Source of the DNA: Candidatus Omnitrophota bacterium
Lineage (GTDB): Bacteria > Omnitrophota > Gorgyraeia > B26-G9
Length of the DNA stretch: 64,000 nucleotides
Assembly (NCBI GenBank): GCA_043805415.1
Contig: JAZDHZ010000003.1
Span: forward strand, 28,366 to 92,365
Direction: 5' to 3'
A program made the position numbers and the translations under genes. This document shows, in pieces, positions 38,478-47,576 of this stretch. How positions within the stretch are numbered: the stretch's first letter is position 1; every line of letters starts with the position of its first letter. The notes under the pieces were generated by a model, which saw only the letters and a list, made by a program, of their open reading frames with translations, ran no database searches and was not told where the DNA came from.

Positions 38478-38867
38478 ATGTTGCGAATAATGAGTAAGTC
38501 AAAGATACATCGGGCGACAGTAACCGATGCTAATCTGCAATATATAGGCAGTATTACTATTGATAAGAATCTTTTAAAAGAAGCGGACATCTATCCCAGC
38601 GAAAGAGTTCAGGTGGTCAATGTGAATAATGGCTCAAGAGTCGAGACCTATGTTATAGAGGGTAAAGCGGGCAGCGGGATTATTTGTATGAATGGGCCGG
38701 CAGCAAGGTGGGCGCAAGTTGGAGATATTGTTATCATAATATCTTATTGTCTGCTTTCTAACGAAGAAGCAGCTGTGCATAAACAGAAAACGGTTTTTGT
38801 GGATGAAAAAAATAGACTGATAAAGAGAGAACTAAAGGCAAAAGAAAATGCAAAAAAGCGAAGATAA
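38478..38867 (+). CDS. panD: Aspartate 1-decarboxylase
   Basis: [24 protein letters not shown]. Confidence 0.97.
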   Translation: MLRIMSKSKIHRATVTDANLQYIGSITIDKNLLKEADIYPSERVQVVNVNNGSRVETYVIEGKAGSGIICMNGPAARWAQVGDIVIIISYCLLSNEEAAVHKQKTVFVDEKNRLIKRELKAKENAKKRR

Positions 38868-39789
38868 AAAATATTTAGAAGCTTTAAGTGCCAAGATTCT
38901 TCAACTTAAAAAAAGCAGAAAAGCAATAATTATCGCGCATAATTATGAACGGCCGGAAGTGCAGAAGATTGCTGATATTGTTGGAGATTCTCTTGAATTG
39001 AGCCGCGCGGTCACCAGCGTTGAAGCCAAGATAGTTGTTTTTTGCGGAGTTCATTTTATGGCCGAGACAGCGTCTATTCTTAACCCGGAGAAAACAATCC
39101 TCTTGCCGGTAAAAGAAGCCGGCTGCCCCATGGCGGATATGATTACGACAAAAGAGCTTAAAGCGCTTAAGATTAAAAACCCCGGAGTTCCGGTTGTTTG
39201 TTATGTTAATTCATCTGCTGAGGTAAAAGCAGAAAGTGATGTGTGCTGTACCTCAAGCAATGCTCTGGAAATTGTTGCTTCACTTAAAAGTAAGCAAGTT
39301 ATCTTTGTCCCAGATAAGAACCTGGGCAGCTATATTCAAAGAAATCTTACCGAAAAAGAGATCATCCTTTGGGAAGGGTTTTGCCCCACGCATATGCGCA
39401 TAAAAGAAGAAGAGATTCTTCAGTCAAAAAAAGAACATCCAAAGGCTAAGTTTATGGCTCATCCTGAATGTCCGCAAAAGCTGCTGCAGCATGCTGCTTA
39501 TATCGGCTCGACCGCCGGGATGCTTAAATTTGTCAAGCAGGATAAGAATAAAGAGTTTATTGTGGGCACTGAGTTAGGAATGATCTACCGACTTGAACAG
39601 GAAAATCCGACAAAGAAGTTTTATTGCCCGAGCGCGCATTTTATTTGCGCGGATATGAAATTAACAACCTTGGGTTGGGTCGCGCATAGTTTGGAAGATA
39701 TGGTTTTTGAAGTAAAAGTAAGTCCGGAAATTAGACGGAAAGCAAAAAAAAGTTTGGATAAAATGATAAATTTTGTTCCAAAAAAGTAA
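38848..39789 (+). CDS. nadA: Quinolinate synthase
   Basis: [27 protein letters not shown]. Confidence 0.96.
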   Translation: MQKSEDKKYLEALSAKILQLKKSRKAIIIAHNYERPEVQKIADIVGDSLELSRAVTSVEAKIVVFCGVHFMAETASILNPEKTILLPVKEAGCPMADMITTKELKALKIKNPGVPVVCYVNSSAEVKAESDVCCTSSNALEIVASLKSKQVIFVPDKNLGSYIQRNLTEKEIILWEGFCPTHMRIKEEEILQSKKEHPKAKFMAHPECPQKLLQHAAYIGSTAGMLKFVKQDKNKEFIVGTELGMIYRLEQENPTKKFYCPSAHFICADMKLTTLGWVAHSLEDMVFEVKVSPEIRRKAKKSLDKMINFVPKK

Positions 39790-39858
39790 AGATATAACTT
39801 AGCTTAAACGATAGAGTTTAACTTTTTAATGCAATATTTTAAAGAAAATGAGTTTAAA

Positions 39859-40665
39859 ATGATTAAAGTTGGTGTTTGCGGCTGTGGAACAATCGGGTCG
39901 TATCTAATAAAGACAATGCTTAAAAGCTATAATAAGCAGATAAGCTTAGTGGGTGTAACGGAAATAAATCAAGATAATTTAATCCGGCTGAGCAGTTCTT
40001 TAAAAAAAAAGATAAGCAGCTTTTCATTAGAAGATTTGGTTAAAAAGAGCGACTTAATTATTGAGGCTGCGCAGGGAACTGTTGTGCCGGAACTTATTGG
40101 GTATGTGATAAAGTATAAAAAGCAGATTATGCTCATGAGTGTCGGCGGTCTGCTGATAAAAAAAGGATTATTAAAAAAAATCCAGGACAACAACATTAAA
40201 TTATATATCCCGAGTGGAGCGATTGCTGGTCTTGACGCGCTTAAAGCTGCAAGAATGGGTAAGATAAAGTCTGTTAAGCTTACAACCAGAAAACCTGTTG
40301 AAGGGCTTGTCGGTGCTCCTTACTTGATAAACAATAAAATCGACTTAAAATCCATTAAAAAAGATACGGTTGTATTCCAAGGCTCAGCGCTGCAAGCTGT
40401 GGCAAATTTTCCTAAAAATATAAATGTAGCGGCGATTTTAAGCATAGCTGGTATCGGCGCGACAAAAACAAGTGTTTGTATAGTTGCTAGTCCAAAAACA
40501 AAAAGAAATACACATACTATTGAAATTAAGGGAGATTTTGGTACAATATTAACTTGTACAGAGAATGTTCCTTCAAAGCTTAATCCTAAAACTAGCATGA
40601 TGGCAATACTATCCGCATGGGCTACGCTTGATGGTATTTTGAATAATGTAAAAATCGGAACGTAA
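39859..40665 (+). CDS. nadX: L-aspartate dehydrogenase
   Basis: GCGTIG, PSGAIAGLD, FPKNINVAA, NPKTS; next to nadA. Confidence 0.92.
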   Translation: MIKVGVCGCGTIGSYLIKTMLKSYNKQISLVGVTEINQDNLIRLSSSLKKKISSFSLEDLVKKSDLIIEAAQGTVVPELIGYVIKYKKQIMLMSVGGLLIKKGLLKKIQDNNIKLYIPSGAIAGLDALKAARMGKIKSVKLTTRKPVEGLVGAPYLINNKIDLKSIKKDTVVFQGSALQAVANFPKNINVAAILSIAGIGATKTSVCIVASPKTKRNTHTIEIKGDFGTILTCTENVPSKLNPKTSMMAILSAWATLDGILNNVKIGT

Positions 40666-40741
40666 ATTCCGAAGAAATGATACAAGATCATCTTTTCCTT
40701 TTTAGTGTTTGTGTTTGACGATAGGAGTAAAGGAGATAATT

Positions 40742-40936
40742 GTGGATTGCAAAAATTTCTCAAAGAATATGAAGATTTGCAATTGTAGTTACAATCCTTG
40801 TTCACGCAAAGGCATGTGTTGCGAATGTCTGCACTATCATCGTCAAATGGGGCAATTGCCCGCGTGTTTTTTTAAAGAAGACGACGAGCGAACATACGAC
40901 CGTTCTATAGAGAGATTCATTCGATCAAGACAATGA
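40742..40936 (+). CDS. Small Cys-rich protein (DUF6485-like)
   Basis: [30 protein letters not shown]; AAGGAG SD before GTG 40742. Confidence 0.75.
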   Translation: MDCKNFSKNMKICNCSYNPCSRKGMCCECLHYHRQMGQLPACFFKEDDERTYDRSIERFIRSRQ

Positions 40937-40979
40937 TGAAGGTCGTGTATAAATTTAAAGCGAGGAGGGAGGTGAAATT

Positions 40980-41213
40980 ATGGCAGATAAGGTAGCAAAA
41001 GCTGGTATCGTAAGAGAAAAAGGATATCTCTACTATCTAGACAAACAGGGTGATGTTTCACGTGCAAAAATGGCTAGAGGTGGGAAAAAAGGCGGAAAGC
41101 CTGGCAAAGTTACTAAATTAGGAATAACGAGAGAGGAAGGTTTTCTCTATTTTATTGATAAAGAGGGAGACGTTTCTCGCGCTAAAATGGCAAGACGCAA
41201 AAAGAAAAAATAA
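40980..41213 (+). CDS. Small basic protein made of two tandem ~35-aa repeats
   Basis: KVAKAGIVREKGYLYYLDKQGDVSRAKMAR / KVTKLGITREEGFLYFIDKEGDVSRAKMAR; strong SD GGAGGT. Confidence 0.85.
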   Translation: MADKVAKAGIVREKGYLYYLDKQGDVSRAKMARGGKKGGKPGKVTKLGITREEGFLYFIDKEGDVSRAKMARRKKKK

Positions 41214-41241
41214 TAAAGTGTATATGCTATAAATACTTATT

Positions 41242-41271
41242 GGCCCCTGTGAAGGTGACTTTACGGGGGCT
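41242..41271 (+). terminator. Hairpin downstream of the small basic protein gene (possible terminator)
   Basis: GGCCCCTGTGAAG-gtga-CTTTACGGGGGCT. Confidence 0.5.
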
Positions 41272-41419
41272 CAATAGTCATTATAAATAAATAATAAAAA
41301 CGGATAAAATAAAGTATCTTAGCCGGTAGACTAGGATAAAGCTCTACTGATAATAATAGATAGCTTAAAATGATTACAATTTAGAAAAAAGAACATGCTT
41401 TATGAAAGGAGCAATAACA

Positions 41420-41725
41420 ATGGAAGAAGAAAAAAAACAAGAAGAAGTAAAAGCTGAGGAAATACAGGAAAATGAGCAAGAATCTACCTCTGAGGTAAAA
41501 GAAGAATCTAAGCAAGCACAACCTAAAGATAAAAAGCCGCCAAAGGTAGAAATTCCTAAAAGCTGCGGATCTTGCAAGAAGCCGGTAGCGAAAACGCGTT
41601 ATTATCGCAATATGCAGTTTTTCTGCAATACAAAATGCTGGAAAGATTTTAAGAAAAAAGAAGCGCAGATTAAGCTTAAGGCAGCAGAAGAAAAAAAACA
41701 GCAAGAACAAGCACCTGCTGCTTAA
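41420..41725 (+). CDS. Small charged protein with putative C4 zinc finger
   Basis: SCGSC...FFCNTKCW; AAGGAG SD. Confidence 0.7.
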   Translation: MEEEKKQEEVKAEEIQENEQESTSEVKEESKQAQPKDKKPPKVEIPKSCGSCKKPVAKTRYYRNMQFFCNTKCWKDFKKKEAQIKLKAAEEKKQQEQAPAA

Positions 41726-41748
41726 ATATAGAACTGAATTATTAGTTT

Positions 41749-42810
41749 ATGATTAATCTTGCTATTTTAGTATTGCTTTTAGTTTTATGTGTTTTTGTGG
41801 TAGTGATTAGTTTTAAAAACCAGAAAAAAACACAGCCTGATGCTTTAGGGCTCATGCAGCAACAGCTTGAGAGTTTGCGTGGACAGGTAAATGAGTCAAT
41901 GCGGGATATGACTGGCAATATCGATCAAAAATTGCAGGCAATAACTCAGCAGTTATTTGTTTCTCAGCAAAGTGTCGGTGAGCGTCTTGATTCCGCGTCA
42001 CAGGTTTTTGGACAAGTGCAAAAAGATTTAGGTTTGCTTTCCGCAGCTACAGAACGTGTTTTTGAAGTGGGTAAAGATATTGCCAGCCTGCAAGAAATAT
42101 TAAAAGCTCCTAAAATAAGAGGTGGTTTAGGTGAATTATTTTTAGGGGATCTTTTAAGTCAGGTCTTGCCGGCATCGTGTGTAAAACAACAGTATAAGTT
42201 TAAAAACGGTGATATTGTTGATGCAGTTTTAACTCTTGGCCAAGGCATGGTTAGTATTGATTCTAAGTTTCCGCTGGAGAATTTTAAACGTTTGATAAAT
42301 GGTACAAATGAAGAGGAAAAACGTCTGGCACGCAAAACTTTTATCAATGATGTTAAAAAACATGTTGATAGTATAGCGAGTAAATATATTCTTCCAGATG
42401 AAGGAACTTTTGATTTTGCTTTAATGTATATTCCGGCAGAAAATGTTTATTATGAACTTATTATCAAAGATACTGATGATGATAAGAATTCTCTAAGTAC
42501 TTATGCTTTAAATAAAAAAGTTATTCCAGTCAGCCCCAATTCTTTTTATGCTTATTTGCAATCAATTCTCCTCGGGCTAAAGGGCTTAAGAGTTGAAAAA
42601 AACGCACAGCAGATCATGCAATATCTCGAACGCTTAAGAGGTGATCTGGGGCGGTTTAAGCAGGATTTTGAGGTCTTGGGTCGGCATATAGTGAATCTGA
42701 AAAATAAGTATGATGAGGCGGATAAAAGGATTAATACCTTTGAAGGTAAATTATTAATGGTTTGTCAGGTTGACCAGGAAAGTAATATATTAGACAATGC
42801 TGCAGAATAA
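41749..42810 (+). CDS. rmuC: DNA recombination protein RmuC
   Basis: N-terminal TM and coiled coil; RGGLGE, IDSKFP, KYI..GTFDFALMYIPAENVY, SPNS. Confidence 0.92.
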   Translation: MINLAILVLLLVLCVFVVVISFKNQKKTQPDALGLMQQQLESLRGQVNESMRDMTGNIDQKLQAITQQLFVSQQSVGERLDSASQVFGQVQKDLGLLSAATERVFEVGKDIASLQEILKAPKIRGGLGELFLGDLLSQVLPASCVKQQYKFKNGDIVDAVLTLGQGMVSIDSKFPLENFKRLINGTNEEEKRLARKTFINDVKKHVDSIASKYILPDEGTFDFALMYIPAENVYYELIIKDTDDDKNSLSTYALNKKVIPVSPNSFYAYLQSILLGLKGLRVEKNAQQIMQYLERLRGDLGRFKQDFEVLGRHIVNLKNKYDEADKRINTFEGKLLMVCQVDQESNILDNAAE

Positions 42811-43354
42811 CGATAAAAAAGCTGATAATCGAAAACATCCGAGGTTTATTCTTGTTCTTCCTTTACAAATTAGTACGGAAGATTTTACGCTTAATACAAC
42901 CTCGAAGAATATTAGCTGTGCCGGAGTTTTTTGTTATATTGATAGGTTTATTCCGATTAATACAAGTGTAAATGTCAGTATGAAACTGTATTATCTTGTT
43001 GATGGTCAAAAAGTGCAAAGAACAGTTAAATGCAACGCGAAAGTAGTGAGAATTGATTCGTCAGAAAACAGGGAGAGTGGGACTTGTCGGGTGGGTATTG
43101 CTTTTGATCAAATCGCAGGGGAAGACCGCGAAATACTTATAAAATATATACAAAAAAAGAATCTAAAAGAAGCTAAAGAATTAAAGAAATTATATTTAAG
43201 ATTAAAGGAAATGGCAGCACGACTTGTAGAGGTAGAAGAATGCCATCCTACGGCTGAACATTTCCGTAAGGTTATTAATACGGCGATCATTGAGCTTGAC
43301 GCGGCAGCACATATTTTAGATTACGAAATTAATGAGCTTAAAACTTTGGAATGA
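42797..43354 (+). CDS. PilZ domain protein with C-terminal helical extension
   Basis: RKHPR..NISCAG. Confidence 0.85.
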   Translation: MLQNNDKKADNRKHPRFILVLPLQISTEDFTLNTTSKNISCAGVFCYIDRFIPINTSVNVSMKLYYLVDGQKVQRTVKCNAKVVRIDSSENRESGTCRVGIAFDQIAGEDREILIKYIQKKNLKEAKELKKLYLRLKEMAARLVEVEECHPTAEHFRKVINTAIIELDAAAHILDYEINELKTLE

Positions 43355-43355
43355 T

Positions 43356-43910
43356 ATGAAAAAAGATTGCATTATTAAAAATAAAAGAATATATAATCGG
43401 TTTAAAGTAAATTTTCCCTTTGAAGTTATGGGCGATAACTTTTGTTTTAAAACAGAAATGAAAGATATTAGCTGTAGCGGGTTATTCTGTAGGAGCGAGC
43501 ATTATATAGCGCCTAAGACAAGATTAAAAGTGGTTTTAAATATTCCTCTTTGTAGGAATCAAAAAATAGAGAAAAAAATGTTTACCAGTTGGGGAAACGT
43601 AGTGCGGATTGATCCCCAAATGCAGAGTGCGGGAGCGGATTATAATCTGGGCATTGCCTTTAGCGGAATTTCTGAGACAGAAAAAGATCTTATTTTGAGC
43701 TTTATCCGGCAAAGGAATGTTAAAGAAGCGGAAGAGTTGCGGGATATGTATTATGAGCTTAAAAGAACAATTTCTGAGCTTGAAACATTAGAAGAATCGC
43801 ATCCGACCGCGGAGCATTTTTGTAAGGTTATTACTCAAGCAATTATGGAGCTTGATGGAGTGGCAAATAGTTTAGATCAGGAAATAACTGAAATTAAAAA
43901 AGCAAGTTAA
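43356..43910 (+). CDS. PilZ domain protein with C-terminal helical extension (paralog of 42797)
   Basis: RIYNR..DISCSG; shared HPTAEHF motif. Confidence 0.85.
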   Translation: MKKDCIIKNKRIYNRFKVNFPFEVMGDNFCFKTEMKDISCSGLFCRSEHYIAPKTRLKVVLNIPLCRNQKIEKKMFTSWGNVVRIDPQMQSAGADYNLGIAFSGISETEKDLILSFIRQRNVKEAEELRDMYYELKRTISELETLEESHPTAEHFCKVITQAIMELDGVANSLDQEITEIKKAS

Positions 43911-43922
43911 AAAAGGTGAATA

Positions 43923-44306
43923 ATGTCTAGAGAAAATAGTCATTCGGAAAGAAGAACGGATAAGCGTTTTGATGTTCAATTGCCAATTAAAATTGGCGGA
44001 TCTGATTTTGAGATTGCTACTGATACAAAGAATATAAGTTCAACGGGAATTTATTGTCAAGTCGATCGGTTTCTACCCGTCATGACTAGGCTGTGCTTAA
44101 AAATGTCAATACCTTTAATCGAAAATAATCGAAAAGTAGAAAAAAATATTGATTGTAAAGCCGTGGTTGTAAGAATCAGGCCAGAATCTAGGCTGGAACA
44201 TATAAATAGTTATCAGCTTGGTCTTTTCTTTACAGATATTAAAAGTCAAGACAGAGAATTAATCAGTCGATATCTGCAGCATGCTTTTTTTGCTGGTAAC
44301 AATTAA
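43923..44306 (+). CDS. Stand-alone PilZ domain protein
   Basis: ERRTDKR..NISSTG. Confidence 0.88.
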   Translation: MSRENSHSERRTDKRFDVQLPIKIGGSDFEIATDTKNISSTGIYCQVDRFLPVMTRLCLKMSIPLIENNRKVEKNIDCKAVVVRIRPESRLEHINSYQLGLFFTDIKSQDRELISRYLQHAFFAGNN

Positions 44307-44308
44307 AA

Positions 44309-44371
44309 ACAGCATATAGCGATTAGCGGTTAGGAAAAGCAGAAGACAGAGAACAGAAAATGGAAAAAGCA
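44309..44371. repeat. Heptamer repeat blocks (AGCATAT/AGCGATT; CAGAAGA/CAGAGAA)
   Basis: Near-identical to the 30261 block; AAAAGCAG linker. Confidence 0.7.
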
Positions 44372-44436
44372 AAAAAAGACTTGGTTGATAGTCAATGGTT
44401 TGGCAAAAATTCTCTAAAAAAATAGGGAGAAGAATT

Positions 44437-44913
44437 ATGGCAAATGCACTGATCGCTTATTATTCCCGTACTGGAAATACAAAAAAAATGGCTGAGATTA
44501 TCAGTGAAATTTTTAAAAAAGAGGGGCTAATAGTTGATATTAAAAGTGTTGAAGATACGGAAGCTGATGAATTAATAAATTATGATGTTTTAGTTTTTGG
44601 TTCTCCGACTTATTATGGTTCAATGGCTTATCAGCTTAAGCAATTAATCGATGCAAGCGTTAAGCTGCATGGCAAGCTGCAAGGTAAAATAGGGGCAGCT
44701 TTCTCTAGTGCCGGGAATGTAGCCGGCGGTAATGAAACAACAATTTTAGGAATTATCAATTCTTTTTTAATTCACGGGATGATTGTGCAAGGGGATTCAC
44801 GCGGTGATCATTATGGGCCGGTATCATTGGGGGCTCCTGATGCGCGGGCGATAAAAGAATGTCAGCGATTTGCTAAGAGGATTGCTGGTTTAGCTAAAAA
44901 GCTCTTTGATTAA
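44437..44913 (+). CDS. Flavodoxin/WrbA-family protein
   Basis: YYSRTGNTKKMA, GSPTYYG, GGNETT. Confidence 0.88.
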   Translation: MANALIAYYSRTGNTKKMAEIISEIFKKEGLIVDIKSVEDTEADELINYDVLVFGSPTYYGSMAYQLKQLIDASVKLHGKLQGKIGAAFSSAGNVAGGNETTILGIINSFLIHGMIVQGDSRGDHYGPVSLGAPDARAIKECQRFAKRIAGLAKKLFD

Positions 44914-44924
44914 TTAAATTGAGA

Positions 44925-45028
44925 AAACAGAAAACCGATGACAGAAAACAGAAAAAATAGTTAGATTATTTCTGAAAGTTTTAATCCTTAGCCTGTTGTC
45001 TGTGTTCTGACTTCTGTATTCTGGTTTT
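44925..45028. repeat. Inverted pair of heptamer arrays, (ACAGAAA)n ... (TTCTG)n
   Basis: ACAGAAAACCGATGACAGAAAACAGAAA versus CTGTTGTCTGTGTTCTGACTTCTGTATTCTGGTTT. Confidence 0.7.
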
Positions 45029-45031
45029 AGC

Positions 45032-45107
45032 GCGCCTGTGGCTCAACGGATAGAGCATTTGGCTTCGGACCAAAGGGTTGGAGGTTCGAGTCCTCCCAGG
45101 CGCACCA
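45032..45107 (+). tRNA. tRNA-Arg(UCG)
   Basis: GCGCCTG/CAGGCGC acceptor stem, TTTGG-ct TCG ga-CCAAA, GGTTCGAGTCC, CCA. Confidence 0.93.
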
Positions 45108-45127
45108 AAATAAGCGAAATTGAGCTA

Positions 45128-45156
45128 TTGACCTGCGGTATATTTTTTGTTATAAT
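45128..45156 (+). promoter_or_regulatory. Promoter for the tRNA-Lys/Leu/Gly cluster
   Basis: TTGACC-17-TATAAT with extended TG. Confidence 0.75.
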
Positions 45157-45183
45157 TTATTTTCTTAGGTAAATATATATTTC

Positions 45184-45259
45184 GGGCCGTTAGCTCAGCT
45201 GGTAGAGCAGGACACTCTTAATGTCAAGGTCGAAGGTTCGAGCCCTTCACGGCCCACCA
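45184..45259 (+). tRNA. tRNA-Lys(CUU)
   Basis: GGGCCGT/ACGGCCC stem, anticodon loop ct CTT aa, CCA. Confidence 0.95.
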
Positions 45260-45365
45260 ATATTTTGTTTTTAAGATAAAAAGTTAAGGTGATTCAAGAA
45301 TTAATGAATTCAGTGCGGATTTATCCAGAATAGTCTTATGTGTATGTGAACATTGAAAAGTATTT

Positions 45366-45449
45366 GCGGACGTGGCGGAATTGGCATACGCGTACGGCTT
45401 AGGACCGTATCCTTCTGGGATGAGAGTTCAAGTCTCTCCGTCCGCACCA
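45366..45449 (+). tRNA. tRNA-Leu(UAG)
   Basis: GCGGACG/CGTCCGC stem, TACGG-ct TAG ga-CCGTA, variable arm, CCA. Confidence 0.95.
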
Positions 45450-45468
45450 TAAAAGTTAAGATTTAAAA

Positions 45469-45543
45469 GCGGTGGTAATTCAGTGGTAGAATGTCTCCTT
45501 GCCAAGGAGAATGTCGTGGGTTCGAGCCCCATCCACCGCTCCA
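45469..45543 (+). tRNA. tRNA-Gly(GCC)
   Basis: GCGGTGG/CCACCGC stem, TCTCC-tt GCC aa-GGAGA, U73, CCA. Confidence 0.95.
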
Positions 45544-45632
45544 TTCTTTACCTCGGATTGTTGGGTGACTTTCTGAAATGGGCATATTTATTATTGCCTG
45601 CCGATGTGAAATGTTAAAAGGAGATAGTAAGA

Positions 45633-46910
45633 GTGAAAATTAAGATTAAAAATTCGCAAACGTGTCAAAAAACTTTAGAGATTGAAGTTCCCAAAGAAAC
45701 TGTAAACGAAGAATTCGAACGTTACTATAAATCAATAAGTAGCGCCGCGCAAGTGCCCGGGTTTAGAAAAGGTAAGGCACCCAGAGCTTTGCTTGAAGAA
45801 CATTTTGCTGATAAGGCAAGTGATAAAGTTCTTACTAATTTACTTAATGATACATATCACAAAGCAATTGAAAAAGAGAACATTAAGCCGGTTAGTATGC
45901 CAGAAATCTCAGAGGTTAAGTTTAAAAAAGACGAGAATCTGACGTATCAAGCAAAAATTGATATTCAGCCGAGCTTTACGCTAAAAGAATATAAGAATAT
46001 CCCAGTAAAAAAGCAAACAGAAGAAGTTAAAGACGAAGATGTGGTTAAAGTGCTTGAATATCTCAGTGAACGGTATGCTCAATATTTACCGATTGAAGAT
46101 CGCCAAGTAAAAATTGGTGACTATATAATTTGTGATTATAGTTATCGTGTTGGAGATAAAGAGCTTGATAAAAAAGAACATGCTTGGCTTTGGATAAGCA
46201 AGGAAATGTTCATCCCCGATCTTTCAAAAAAAATTGAGGGAGCCCGGATTAATGAAGAAAAAACTTTTGAAATAAGTCTGCCGAAAAAATTCAAACCAGA
46301 AGAATTTGCCGGGAAACAAGCTGATTTTAAATTATTAGTTAAAGAAATTAAAGAAAAGAAACTTCCGGAGCTTAATGATGAGTTTGCCGTAATGTTGAAA
46401 GCGGAATCAATTGATAAATTAAAAGCTCAAATAAAAGAAGATCTTGTTCAAGAGAAAAAAATGCTGTCAAAACAGGATTTAAAGGCACAGATAATTAATC
46501 ATTTAGAGAAAATCATGCCAATTGATGTGCCTCCGACTTTAGTGGAAAAAAGGGAAAAACTTCTGCGGGATACTGCTGCTCAGAGAATGAAACAACAAGG
46601 ATTGAATGATGATCAGATTGAAAAAGAGCAGAAGAAAATGGGAGATATGTTTTCTAAAGAAGCAATGAAACAGGTTAGAGTATTTTTTGTCCTAGAAAAT
46701 ATTGCTTTGGCCGAAAAAATTAAAGTTGAGCAAAAAGAGTTCGACGATCGTATCGGCGAAATCGCGGCTTCTTATAATCAGAAAAAAGAAGAAGTTATGA
46801 AATACTTAACAGAGAAAAATCTCTTGGAAAATATCCATTGGGAAGTTTGGGAAGAAAAAATAATCGCGTATCTTTTGGATAATGCTAAAGTATCAGAAGC
46901 CTCAAAATAA
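45633..46910 (+). CDS. tig: Trigger factor
   Basis: VPGFRKGKAP signature; upstream of clpP. Confidence 0.95.
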   Translation: MKIKIKNSQTCQKTLEIEVPKETVNEEFERYYKSISSAAQVPGFRKGKAPRALLEEHFADKASDKVLTNLLNDTYHKAIEKENIKPVSMPEISEVKFKKDENLTYQAKIDIQPSFTLKEYKNIPVKKQTEEVKDEDVVKVLEYLSERYAQYLPIEDRQVKIGDYIICDYSYRVGDKELDKKEHAWLWISKEMFIPDLSKKIEGARINEEKTFEISLPKKFKPEEFAGKQADFKLLVKEIKEKKLPELNDEFAVMLKAESIDKLKAQIKEDLVQEKKMLSKQDLKAQIINHLEKIMPIDVPPTLVEKREKLLRDTAAQRMKQQGLNDDQIEKEQKKMGDMFSKEAMKQVRVFFVLENIALAEKIKVEQKEFDDRIGEIAASYNQKKEEVMKYLTEKNLLENIHWEVWEEKIIAYLLDNAKVSEASK

Positions 46911-46941
46911 ACAATGCTAAGTATTTCTATAGGGAGGGAAG

Positions 46942-47550
46942 ATGAAAGAAAATAATCAGATGTTAGTACCCATGGTTGTGGAACAGACTAATAGGGGAGA
47001 ACGCGCATTTGATATTTATTCGCGCTTGCTTAAAGATAGAATAATTTTTATTGGCACCGCGATTGATGATTCAGTTGCTAATTTAGTTATTGCTCAGCTG
47101 CTGTTTTTGCAGATGGATGAGGCTAAAAAAGATATACATGTTTATATAAATTCACCAGGAGGAGTAGTTACTGCCGGACTTGCCATATATGATACTATGC
47201 AGTTTGTGCACTGTGATGTGAACACTTATTGCATGGGCCAGGCCGCAAGCATGGGCGCAGTACTTCTCGCTGCTGGCACAAAGGGCAAAAGATTCGCGCT
47301 TCCCAATGCCAGGGTCATGATTCACCAGCCATGGGGCGGAACACAGGGGACTGCATCTGATATCCATATCCAAGCTCAGGAAATTTTAAAAATGAAAGAC
47401 AATTTAAATAAAATCTTGAGTCATCATACCGGACAACCAATTGAAAAAATCGCTAATGATACTGATCGCGATTATTTTATGAACGCGCAAGAATCCGCGG
47501 ACTATGGATTAGTGGATTCAGTTATTTCCACAGATAAGGTAAAAAAATAA
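46942..47550 (+). CDS. clpP: ATP-dependent Clp protease proteolytic subunit
   Basis: [29 protein letters not shown]. Confidence 0.98.
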   Translation: MKENNQMLVPMVVEQTNRGERAFDIYSRLLKDRIIFIGTAIDDSVANLVIAQLLFLQMDEAKKDIHVYINSPGGVVTAGLAIYDTMQFVHCDVNTYCMGQAASMGAVLLAAGTKGKRFALPNARVMIHQPWGGTQGTASDIHIQAQEILKMKDNLNKILSHHTGQPIEKIANDTDRDYFMNAQESADYGLVDSVISTDKVKK

Positions 47551-47576
47551 ATAACAATTATCGAAAGGGAATTAAA

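Noticed and set aside
45032-45632. Prophage/ICE integration at the tRNA cluster
   Set aside because: No integrase and no duplicated tRNA 3' end seen; flanked by core genes
46942-47576. clpX missing after tig-clpP
   Set aside because: Ordinary gene-order variation; clpX may be elsewhere in the genome
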